From Bacteroidia bacterium (GTDB lineage: Bacteria; Bacteroidota; Bacteroidia; SpSt-205), in the NCBI GenBank assembly GCA_025059535.1, contig JANXCX010000018.1, forward strand, positions 66,014 through 130,013: 64,000 nt of DNA. The letters are read 5' to 3'. Below, one piece after another: positions 28,540-36,916 of the stretch (position 1 is its first letter; each line of letters opens with the position of its first letter). Below the pieces are notes generated by a model. It saw only the letters and a program-made list of their open reading frames with translations. It did no database searches and had not been told where the DNA came from. Position numbers and translations under genes: made by a program.

Positions 28540-30252
28540 ATGCAGTATTACGCCATTGCGGCTTGTTTGGGTTTAGGTGGGCTTGTATGGGCACAGAATG
28601 TAGGGATAGGCACGGCTAACCCCTCAGAACGCCTGCATGTCAGCGGAAATCTTCGTTTAGATGGCGCTTTCATGCCGGACGGCCAAGCTGGCGCCGTAGG
28701 CGCCCTCCTCTACTCAGGTGGCGCTAATACCCCGCCACTGTGGCTAGCGGCGCCCAGCTCAGCGGGCCAAGTGCTAAGCAGCGCAGCCAGCGGGGCTAAC
28801 TTCGTACCAGCCTGGAGCGACGGAAACGGCCTCTTCTGGCGCTTGACTGGCAATAGTGGCACAGATATCACCACGCATTTCATCGGTACTACCGATAATA
28901 CAGGCCTGGCCTTTCGGACTAACAACCAGGAGCGCATGCGCCTCACTAATGTCGGCAATTTAGCCATCGGCACCACTAATCCAGAGGGCCGACTGGATGT
29001 TCGCCAGCCAAGCGATAATGAGGTTGCGCTTTTTACCACCTATGGCGCAGTGAATAGAATTTTCCTCCGCCGGGCCCAAGGTACGATAAGTGCGCCCACA
29101 CCTACAAGTGGGGCAGGTACAGTACTTGGCCGACTGGATGCCCAAGGATATAATGGGACCGGTTTCACTTCTGCCGCTCGTATAGAGATGGCTACGGATG
29201 CTGCGGGCGGCACAAGCACCGATATGCCTGGGCGTATCACTTTCCACACTACCCCCGATGGCAGCGGCACACTCGTTGAGCGGATGCGTATCACGAATGC
29301 CGGCTATGTAGGCATAGGGAATACTGATCCCGACCATTACCTTGTAGTAGGGCCAGCCAGTGGGGGTCGGCACCTAGTCATCAACGACATACCTCAGGCG
29401 CGCTGGGGCTTTGCTACAGGAGGCCACGACTTAGCTATCCAAAACGACTGGGGTGGGACATGGAATACCCGCATGATAATCACGGAGATTGGGAATGTAG
29501 GGATTGGTCTTACCGATCCCCAGGTACAGCTGGAGATTTATGCATTTGATGGAGGAAATACGGCGGTAGGAGGGCGTCTCCGCCTTTCGGCAGGTGGGGG
29601 TCCCGGGCGTAGGACGTACGTGGAGTTCATGCCTTGGCGTGGGCGGCCTGGCGGCCCAGCCGCGCAGATCATCGGCGAAGATGACGGAGATCATAGCGCG
29701 CATCTCCGCTTCTATACCGCCCCGCCCGGCGGTCCCGGTAATCACCCTCCCCAAGAACGGCTACGCATCCAGTCTACCGGCGAAATATTTGGACGCTTCC
29801 GCCATGTAAGCTACCACACCCTCTACAACAGCGTATGGACCGGCAATCCGGGCAACCGTGTGCTCTGGTTTCCCTGCCCTGGCGGTGATGGCTGCGACGA
29901 CAGCCAAATAAATGGCTCAGGCACCCCTGGCCTAAATGACCATAGGCAGCAGTGGGTAGCGCCTTTTAGTGGACGTATTGTGCGGGTGATTATCCGGGCA
30001 GGAGCTGATAGCGGCTCTAACCCGGAGTTTCGCGGCCGCATTTGCCGCTCCTTCAACGGGAACTATGCCATCATGAGCGATATAGATGGGGCAAACGACA
30101 ACGACTGGCGCGCCTTCAACTGCTATCAGAATAATAGCTTCAGTCGCGGCGACCGCATCGCCGTCGGCCTAGATATGAATTGCGGCGGCTGCTACGCCGA
30201 AGATACGGCTTACTATGTGGCGATTGTATGGGAGTTTGAAGTTTGGGACTGA
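28540..30252 (+). CDS. Secreted fibre-like protein (hypothetical) with four xGIGTxxPxxxLxV motifs and a Cys-rich C-terminal domain
   Basis: Signal peptide LVWA|QNVGIGTANPSERLHV. The motif repeats internally as GNLAIGTTNPEGRLDV, GYVGIGNTDPDHYLVV and GNVGIGLTDPQVQLEI. The C-terminal roughly 160 aa contain several Cys. Confidence 0.55.
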   Translation: MQYYAIAACLGLGGLVWAQNVGIGTANPSERLHVSGNLRLDGAFMPDGQAGAVGALLYSGGANTPPLWLAAPSSAGQVLSSAASGANFVPAWSDGNGLFWRLTGNSGTDITTHFIGTTDNTGLAFRTNNQERMRLTNVGNLAIGTTNPEGRLDVRQPSDNEVALFTTYGAVNRIFLRRAQGTISAPTPTSGAGTVLGRLDAQGYNGTGFTSAARIEMATDAAGGTSTDMPGRITFHTTPDGSGTLVERMRITNAGYVGIGNTDPDHYLVVGPASGGRHLVINDIPQARWGFATGGHDLAIQNDWGGTWNTRMIITEIGNVGIGLTDPQVQLEIYAFDGGNTAVGGRLRLSAGGGPGRRTYVEFMPWRGRPGGPAAQIIGEDDGDHSAHLRFYTAPPGGPGNHPPQERLRIQSTGEIFGRFRHVSYHTLYNSVWTGNPGNRVLWFPCPGGDGCDDSQINGSGTPGLNDHRQQWVAPFSGRIVRVIIRAGADSGSNPEFRGRICRSFNGNYAIMSDIDGANDNDWRAFNCYQNNSFSRGDRIAVGLDMNCGGCYAEDTAYYVAIVWEFEVWD

Positions 30253-30494
30253 TACATCTGGCGGCTGACCCGCTCTCAAAAATACCGCATATCTGCATGA
30301 GTACAAGTCCTACCTAAGTGGGAGGAGAAAGGTGGGTTTCCATAAAAGTTAGGCTGGACCTTTTCGGCCTAATCCTCCTCGGCACCTACGGCGGAGAAGT
30401 CAAGCCGAGGGGAAGCTCCCCTTCAGCTAAAGAGGCTCCCCCCTCACTTCGGTGAAGACGGATTACCCCTAAATCTTTTGAGGCGAAGCGCAGG

Positions 30495-33464
30495 CTAATC
30501 ATCGCTACGCTGGCGGGATCGTTTAGTAGGTTTTTTAGGCTTTTCCGCGGGGAGTGTATCAGGTGGAAGCGAGTCGCGCAGCGCCTGAGCCTGGCGGCGA
30601 ATCTCCTCCGTCGGCGCATTCTCAATAAGGCTTGCTAATAGGGGGCGTACCGATTTGAACTTTTTCTCCTTTATCTGGATTTGGGCTAAAATAAGGTAGG
30701 CCTTTGCGCGCGCTTCGGTATAATCGGGTAACTCATCCCTCAAACGGTATATGGGCCGGCGCGCCTCCTCCAAACGCCCCTGGCCAAAGAGTAAACGCGC
30801 CTCATGGAAAAGCGCCTCAGCGGCCAAATCATTCTTACTTAGATTCTGTACTTGGCGTAAGTAGAAGAGGGCCGAATCCGGCTGGCCCATCTTTTCTTGC
30901 AGGAGCGCATAGGTAAGCAGGGCTTTTTGGCGATACCAAGGGCGAAGAAATGGATCCGCTATGAGCAGGCGAAAAGCCTGAAGGGCAGTATCCGCTCGGC
31001 CTAAGGCCACGGCTAGCTCGGCCCATAGGAAGAGGCCTTCGGTTCGCAAGGGGCCGGCGGAAGGCAACCACCGCAGCAGCGACTCCTGAGCCGCCCAGGC
31101 TTCGCTAATCCTATTTTGGCTTTGGTAGATTCGGGCAAGCTTTTCCCAGGCGCGTAGGGCATAGTCGGGAAAAGCGGCTAAGGCATGGTAGCTTGTTAGG
31201 GCGGTAGCCGTATCGCCCAAATGCTCGCAGGCTAAGCCTAAGGCAAAAAGGGCTTCGGCTTCTAAGGCTGGATAGGTTTGCTGGAGGCGAAGGGCCTCGG
31301 TGCGCAGCGCCGCCCACTGCTCTGACTCCCGAAGCTGGGCCAGCCGATCGCGCTCCAAATTAAGGCGCATTTCGCTTGTGGGGGGAAGCCGACGAAGGAA
31401 ATTCTGGTAGAGCGTATCAAACTCGGCTGGGCTGAGGAGGCTGCGCAGGCCTTCCATGGCTAAACGCACGGCCTCAGGAAGGTGGGTAGCAGTTTCTAAG
31501 GTCTGGCGCAGGGTTTGGAGGGCGCCGGCTCTATCGCCCAGTTCGGCTAGGGCTAGCCCCAGCCGAGCCCGAGCCAGAGGGGCTTTCGGTGAAGCTGGAA
31601 AGTGGCGCAGGAGAAGCTCAGCAGCCTCTTTCGTGCAGCTGGGCCGATTGAGCCAGAGAGCGCAGAGCTCTGCACGCAGGTAAAGGGCCGCATCGGCCCC
31701 AGGAGCCTGCGGCGGCACTTCCCGCAGAATCTGCTCGGCTTCGCTGTAGCGTTCCAAGCGCGCCAGCGTCTGGGCCAAGTGATACCGCACTTGAGCCGAA
31801 GGAAGCGAAGTATGCAGGAGCTGCTCGTAAAGACCTAAGGCCTCATTGTAGCGCTTTTGGAGGTAGAGGGCACCTGCCGCGATAAAAGTAGCCAAGGGAC
31901 GGTAAGTGGGCGGGGCTTTCTGTCGCATGGATTGGGCAAGGCGCAGCGCCTCTTCGGCGGCCTGCAGCTGTAAGTGGTTCCAGGCCAGAGCCAGCTGGGC
32001 TTCCCAAAAGTAGGGATTTTGGCTACTCTGCGGATGGCGGAGGAAAGCTTGGTAGGCAGCGATAGCTTTAGTAGGATTGCCCTGGCGGTAAAGCGCTTCT
32101 GCATGCCAGAAGAGAGCGGTGGCGGAATGCGGCCCGCCTATACGGGCGCTTTGAGCGAAAAGGCTTTCGGCTTCGGTATAGGCTTTTTCGTAGAGAGCTT
32201 GAAGGCCAGCCAGTAGGCGCAGGCGCTGGCGCGGCTCTTGGAGGCCTGGACCCTGCAGGCTATCCAGAAGGCGTAGGGCTTCGCCATACTGGCGCTCAGC
32301 TGCGTAGAATTCGGCTAGCCACCGCTGCGCTTCCAGCTGACGGGGAAGACCCGGAAGGCGTCGGTAGCTTTGGAGCGCTTCCCGGCCTGAAGCCCACAAC
32401 CGAAGCTGCCAACTAAGCTGGGCGGAAAGCCAGAGAGCCTCTGGCGCCGGCGCCTGCGGGCTCGGCGGAATTTGGCGCAGCATGCCCAAAGCCTCCTCCG
32501 GCTGATTGAGGCGTATAAGCGTCTGGGCGCAGCCATAGCGTGCCCACGAAGTCAAACTATCCTGCATCCCCAGCAGCGAATCCCAAATCTGCAGCGCCAG
32601 ACTATCCTGATTCTGCTGGAAGGCGCACCAGCCAAGCCAGAAGCGCACTAAGCGATTGGACTCAACGAGTTTTGCATACCGTTCTGCGCTGGCGCAGCGC
32701 TTATGGTAGGCAAGGGTAACTACCACAAACGTCCAGAGCGTCTCGCCATGGGCTGGCCTCGGGGTAAGACCCATCCAGCGCTCGGCCTGGGCTTCCAAAC
32801 CTTCTATATCACCTGCTTGGGCTAAGGCATACGCTAGCCATAAAGGCGCTTCTTGCGCATAGGGCGGGCGTGTCTGAACCGCTTGAAGGTATTCGGCTGC
32901 CGCTTTCCAATCCCCGCGCCCATAGTAGATCAGCCCCACATAGTAGTTGGCCGCATCGTGAAAGGGGCCGAGCTTTTCCGTGAGGGGACGCAGGCGCGCC
33001 AGCGCCCGCCCCTGATCCCCTTGGGCATACGCCGCATAACCCTCCATAAACTGCATTTCGGCCTGAAGGGCAGGCGGAAAGTCCTGCGGCTGAGTCCCCG
33101 CCAGATAGCTCAGCACCTCTCCGTAAGCCTGCCGAAGAAAGGCATACTTGGCCGCGTAAAATTGAGCTAGTTGACTGCGATAAGAAGGGGCCTCCGTCAG
33201 GGCATAGGCGCGCAGCTCAGCTGGCGCACTGGCGCGCAGTAGGTCAAACTGGGCATATTTCTCCCAAAGGGGGACTATTTCGGAGGGAGGGGGCTGAGGC
33301 ACCGCTAAGGGCAAAGCTTCGCTGTAGAGTAGAGCCTGCTGGCGCCCCCAGCTTTGGGCACCATGGAAAGCCGCTAACTCCGCCTGGGTGTAACATGCCT
33401 CTGGCCCCCACAGAAAGGGTAGCTGCTGGGCCTTTAGGATAAAGAAGAGCGCCAACTTTGCCAT
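30495..33464 (-). CDS. Large tetratricopeptide-repeat (TPR) protein
   Basis: 989 aa of Ala/Leu/Tyr-rich helical repeats with a TPR-like 34-aa periodicity (for example AxxxYxxGxxxxAxxxF patterns). Its start overlaps the upstream CHAD-like gene by 31 nt. Confidence 0.75.
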   Translation of the reverse strand: MAKLALFFILKAQQLPFLWGPEACYTQAELAAFHGAQSWGRQQALLYSEALPLAVPQPPPSEIVPLWEKYAQFDLLRASAPAELRAYALTEAPSYRSQLAQFYAAKYAFLRQAYGEVLSYLAGTQPQDFPPALQAEMQFMEGYAAYAQGDQGRALARLRPLTEKLGPFHDAANYYVGLIYYGRGDWKAAAEYLQAVQTRPPYAQEAPLWLAYALAQAGDIEGLEAQAERWMGLTPRPAHGETLWTFVVVTLAYHKRCASAERYAKLVESNRLVRFWLGWCAFQQNQDSLALQIWDSLLGMQDSLTSWARYGCAQTLIRLNQPEEALGMLRQIPPSPQAPAPEALWLSAQLSWQLRLWASGREALQSYRRLPGLPRQLEAQRWLAEFYAAERQYGEALRLLDSLQGPGLQEPRQRLRLLAGLQALYEKAYTEAESLFAQSARIGGPHSATALFWHAEALYRQGNPTKAIAAYQAFLRHPQSSQNPYFWEAQLALAWNHLQLQAAEEALRLAQSMRQKAPPTYRPLATFIAAGALYLQKRYNEALGLYEQLLHTSLPSAQVRYHLAQTLARLERYSEAEQILREVPPQAPGADAALYLRAELCALWLNRPSCTKEAAELLLRHFPASPKAPLARARLGLALAELGDRAGALQTLRQTLETATHLPEAVRLAMEGLRSLLSPAEFDTLYQNFLRRLPPTSEMRLNLERDRLAQLRESEQWAALRTEALRLQQTYPALEAEALFALGLACEHLGDTATALTSYHALAAFPDYALRAWEKLARIYQSQNRISEAWAAQESLLRWLPSAGPLRTEGLFLWAELAVALGRADTALQAFRLLIADPFLRPWYRQKALLTYALLQEKMGQPDSALFYLRQVQNLSKNDLAAEALFHEARLLFGQGRLEEARRPIYRLRDELPDYTEARAKAYLILAQIQIKEKKFKSVRPLLASLIENAPTEEIRRQAQALRDSLPPDTLPAEKPKKPTKRSRQRSDD

Positions 33465-34150
33465 AACTCCAGGGCTTGAGCTTGCTTCTCCTGCTGAGCG
33501 GCTACAATAGGCTGAAGAAAATCCTCAGAAGCGCCCTTTTTCCGAAGCCAGCGCAGAAGCAGGTAGAGGTCGCGCGCTTCGCCTAAGAGTTGCGTAAGAG
33601 CTGCTGGAGGCATAAGAGGGAGCTCAGCCCATTTCCCCGCAAGCTCCCAGCGGCGCAAGGCCTGACGAAGCTGGTGAAGCATCTCTGGGGTAGTTGGCAC
33701 CTCTGGTAAAGCTAAAATGCGCCTTTTCTGGGCTTCTCCCCAATTCTGCACCTGTTGGTGCCAGAAGCGGCGCATACGCAAACCACTTTTCCAGGGTGGG
33801 GGGAAGGATTCGGCCCAGCGGCGCAAATCCGCCCGAGTCGCCTTATAGGTGGCTTTCCAGACCTTGCGGAAACGGCGCAGCCATTTCTTGCGGCGCTTTT
33901 TAGCCAGTTTGTACCAAGGCGGGCCGTAGGGTTTGAGGGCCTTCTGAATAAGGTGTGCCTGACGCAGCTTACCTGCGGCACGGTAGAGCGTAAGGAGGGC
34001 CTCGGAGATAGGCGGCTCAGCGGGAAAGGTATAAAGCGCCAGGTAGGCCTGCAGGCGCTTGACGCGCCGACGGAAGCGATAAATGCGCTTAGGTGAGGGA
34101 CGACTTAGAGCTTTGAGGCCGAGGCGAAAAGGATTAGGTTTGGCCTTCAT
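33434..34150 (-). CDS. Highly basic helical protein, CHAD-domain-like (tentative)
   Basis: Repeated CHAD-like helices: YRFRRRVKRLQAYLALY, LHQLRQALRRWELAGKW and LLGEARDLYLLLRWL. Start taken at ATG 34150 (MKAKPNP...), though the track ORF extends to 34222. Confidence 0.4.
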   Translation of the reverse strand: MKAKPNPFRLGLKALSRPSPKRIYRFRRRVKRLQAYLALYTFPAEPPISEALLTLYRAAGKLRQAHLIQKALKPYGPPWYKLAKKRRKKWLRRFRKVWKATYKATRADLRRWAESFPPPWKSGLRMRRFWHQQVQNWGEAQKRRILALPEVPTTPEMLHQLRQALRRWELAGKWAELPLMPPAALTQLLGEARDLYLLLRWLRKKGASEDFLQPIVAAQQEKQAQALELWQSWRSSLS

Positions 34151-35510
34151 AGGCTTCTTTGAGCCGCTGCACCGCTTCGCGAAAGGCCTGACCGCGTGCC
34201 TCGTAGCTGGCAAACCAGTCAAAGCTTGCGCAGGCGGGCGAGAGCAAAACTACATCGCCTGGTCGCGCTAAGGCATGCGCCTGCTGCACGGCCGCGTCCA
34301 TAGAAGAGGCCCGCACTAAAACCGGCACTTCTCGCTGAAAAGCCTCCTCTAGCCGGCGCGTATCCCGCCCAATCACAATGAGCGCCCGCACCTTAGCCCG
34401 CACCGTACTGAGCAGCTCCCCCCAGTCATTGCCTTTATCCACGCCGCCCGCTATCCAGATTATAGGCCGCTGGAAGCTCTGGAGCGCATACCACACGGCA
34501 TCCGTCGTGGTAGCCTTGGAGTCATTGACATACAACACGCCCTGAATCATATCCACTGGCTCTAAGCGGTGCGGAAGGCGCTGCAGCGTCTCAAAGGTGC
34601 GACGCAAATCAGCCCGCCGAAGCCCCTCTAGCCGAGCTACAATAGCTGCCGCCAGCGAATTTTTTCGCTGGGGCAAATCTACAAGTGGCGTCCCCTCGTA
34701 GGAGACTTCCCATTTTTCGGAATCCTCTAGGGTCTCCATATCGCAAACGAGTTTGGAATTTTCCAGCCAAGCATGAATCCCTGGGCCGGGCGTCTCTCGG
34801 TAACGCCACACGCGCGCCGGGGTAGGAAAAGCCGGCAAGACTTCTGCCCAATAGGGACTGCCAGCTTCCTGTATCACCTCCACCGTAGGCGGAAGGCGAC
34901 GCAAAATATGAAGTTTATCCTCTACGTACTGCCGCCAGCTACCATGCCAGTCTAAATGATTGGGTACTAAGCTTGTCAGCACTAGATAATTCGGTATGAG
35001 GGTAAGAGTATCCCGAAGTTGAAAGGAGCTGGCTTCCACTACGAAGTAGTCTGCCTGAGTTTCTACGAGGGCCTGGCAGAAGCTATAGCCGATATTGCCG
35101 CAGGCTACGGCGCGGCGTCCTGCCGTATGTAAAAGGTGCGTGAGAAGGTGGGTCGTAGAGGATTTACCCGCGCTCCCCGTAACCAGCCACAGACGAGCGC
35201 CCGGGGGGAGATGGCGCCAGCCCCACTCCAGGTCCGAAATTACTCGCTTACCCTCTGCCAGCAGGCGTTGGAGCGTTGAGTGCGTAGGCGGTATCCCGGG
35301 ACTGCGCACGATAAGGTCCGCCGCGCGCAGGACGGGATAAGGGTCTTCTTGTACGACCCAGCTTAGGCCAGCCTGCTGAAGGCGTGCGCTACGCTCGGGT
35401 GTTGGCGACTCCTCGGCCACAAGCACCATATCATAGCCTTTTGCCTTTCCCAAAAGCGCCGCTCCTACCCCACTAGCGCCCAGCCCCCATACCCCTACCA
35501 GCAGGCTCAT
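34134..35510 (-). CDS. murD: UDP-N-acetylmuramoylalanine--D-glutamate ligase
   Basis: Mur ligase motifs: N-terminal Rossmann GLGASG, P-loop GSAGKSSTT, and a C-terminal domain with DSKATT. Confidence 0.92.
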   Translation of the reverse strand: MSLLVGVWGLGASGVGAALLGKAKGYDMVLVAEESPTPERSARLQQAGLSWVVQEDPYPVLRAADLIVRSPGIPPTHSTLQRLLAEGKRVISDLEWGWRHLPPGARLWLVTGSAGKSSTTHLLTHLLHTAGRRAVACGNIGYSFCQALVETQADYFVVEASSFQLRDTLTLIPNYLVLTSLVPNHLDWHGSWRQYVEDKLHILRRLPPTVEVIQEAGSPYWAEVLPAFPTPARVWRYRETPGPGIHAWLENSKLVCDMETLEDSEKWEVSYEGTPLVDLPQRKNSLAAAIVARLEGLRRADLRRTFETLQRLPHRLEPVDMIQGVLYVNDSKATTTDAVWYALQSFQRPIIWIAGGVDKGNDWGELLSTVRAKVRALIVIGRDTRRLEEAFQREVPVLVRASSMDAAVQQAHALARPGDVVLLSPACASFDWFASYEARGQAFREAVQRLKEAYEGQT

Positions 35511-36916
35511 CGCAGCTTAAGCGTTATGAAGGCCAGCCCATTCAGAAGCAGGGCTAGTATCCAGAAGCGTACCACCACTTTTACCTCATGCCAGCCGCTA
35601 AGCTCAAAGTGATGGTGCAACGGCGCCATCCGAAAAATCCGCCGCCCCTCCCCATACCTCCGCCGAGTGTAGCGGAAGTAAGCCACCTGAAGCATCACCG
35701 ACACGGTCTCCGCAAAAGAAATCCCCGCAATAAGCGGCAGAAGGAGCTCTTTCTTTACCATGAGGGCCATAGCCCCTATAAGGCCGCCTAGCATGAGGCT
35801 ACCCGTATCGCCCATAAAAATCTGGGCTGGATAGGCGTTGTACCAAAGAAAGGCTATGCAGGCGCCGGAGGCTGCACCGGCAAATACCGTTACCTCAGCC
35901 GCATAAGGTAGGTACATGATCATGAAGTAGTCCGCCCAGATTCGGTTGCTGGAGAAGTAGGCAAAGCTGCCTAAGCTTACAAAGGCAATAGCCCCAACGC
36001 CTACCGCTAGGCCATCCAAGCCATCCGTAAGATTGACGGCATTACTGGTAGCGACAAGGATAAAGAGGATAACGGCGGCATATACGAGACCTTTGAGCCA
36101 ATAGGGCGGATCCCACGAGCCAAAGCGGCCGTAGGAGATTTCCTGATTTTTGAGAAAAGGCACATTCGTGCGAAAGAGGGCTTCGGGGTGCTGCTGGCCG
36201 AAAAGCTCCCCCGCTAGGAGGCTGCGCTTTTCAGGCGGAATAGCAAGGCGCTCCAGCCGACCTTGCCGCTCTACCTCATAAAAGGCGGGGAAGTGTCCAT
36301 CGGGAAAAGTAGGCCTAAAGCGCCAGGTTTTGTAGTCAAAAGGGATTCCTTCTACCGACCTTAGCCTGTCACCCCGCTGGAAGCCTACTTCACGTAAAGT
36401 GGCGGAAGGCACCAGAGTCCCGTTCGGTCTTACCTTGGGGCGAGTGCTATAAAAGCGCGGGTCGCCCATCATCAGAAGCACCAGCCAGAGGGCCGCAGCC
36501 AACTGCCCCAGCAGCTTAAAGCGCGGCGGAAGGCCTTTCTTCCCCCGCCGGCGCTTAAGCCAGTCATCTAAGAAGCCCAAACTACTAAGCCATACCGCCA
36601 GACCCAGCAGCGCCCATACATAAGGACTGCTTAGATCGCCCCACAGCAGTATCCCTACCCCTAGACTAAGTAGAATAAGCAGTCCCCCCATCGTGGGTGT
36701 CCCTTTCTTAGAGGCATGGGAAGGCGGGCCGTCCGAACGAATAGTTTCGCGCAGGCTATGGCGGGCCAGAAGCCGGATAAGGCTAGGTCCCAAGAGCCAG
36801 CCTACCACCCCTGCCGTGAGCCCGGCCATAAGCGTGCGGAAACTGATGTAATACGCCAGCCCCATGCCGGGCAAGCCATACTGTTCGTCCAAAAAGCGCA
36901 TCAGCTCAGGAAGCAT
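35507..36916 (-). CDS. mraY: Phospho-N-acetylmuramoyl-pentapeptide transferase with a large loop insertion
   Basis: Motifs FLDDW, NAVNLTDGLDGL, FMGDTGS and APLHHHFE. At 469 aa it is longer than typical because of an insertion between about aa 152 and 272. Confidence 0.92.
   Translation of the reverse strand: MLPELMRFLDEQYGLPGMGLAYYISFRTLMAGLTAGVVGWLLGPSLIRLLARHSLRETIRSDGPPSHASKKGTPTMGGLLILLSLGVGILLWGDLSSPYVWALLGLAVWLSSLGFLDDWLKRRRGKKGLPPRFKLLGQLAAALWLVLLMMGDPRFYSTRPKVRPNGTLVPSATLREVGFQRGDRLRSVEGIPFDYKTWRFRPTFPDGHFPAFYEVERQGRLERLAIPPEKRSLLAGELFGQQHPEALFRTNVPFLKNQEISYGRFGSWDPPYWLKGLVYAAVILFILVATSNAVNLTDGLDGLAVGVGAIAFVSLGSFAYFSSNRIWADYFMIMYLPYAAEVTVFAGAASGACIAFLWYNAYPAQIFMGDTGSLMLGGLIGAMALMVKKELLLPLIAGISFAETVSVMLQVAYFRYTRRRYGEGRRIFRMAPLHHHFELSGWHEVKVVVRFWILALLLNGLAFITLKLR

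Noticed and set aside
30386-30625. 79-aa Arg-rich ORF spanning the TPR gene 3' end and the intergenic region
   Set aside because: It is mostly antisense or overlapping with the TPR CDS. Its composition (MRMRRRRRFAARLRR...) is typical of spurious GC-rich frames.
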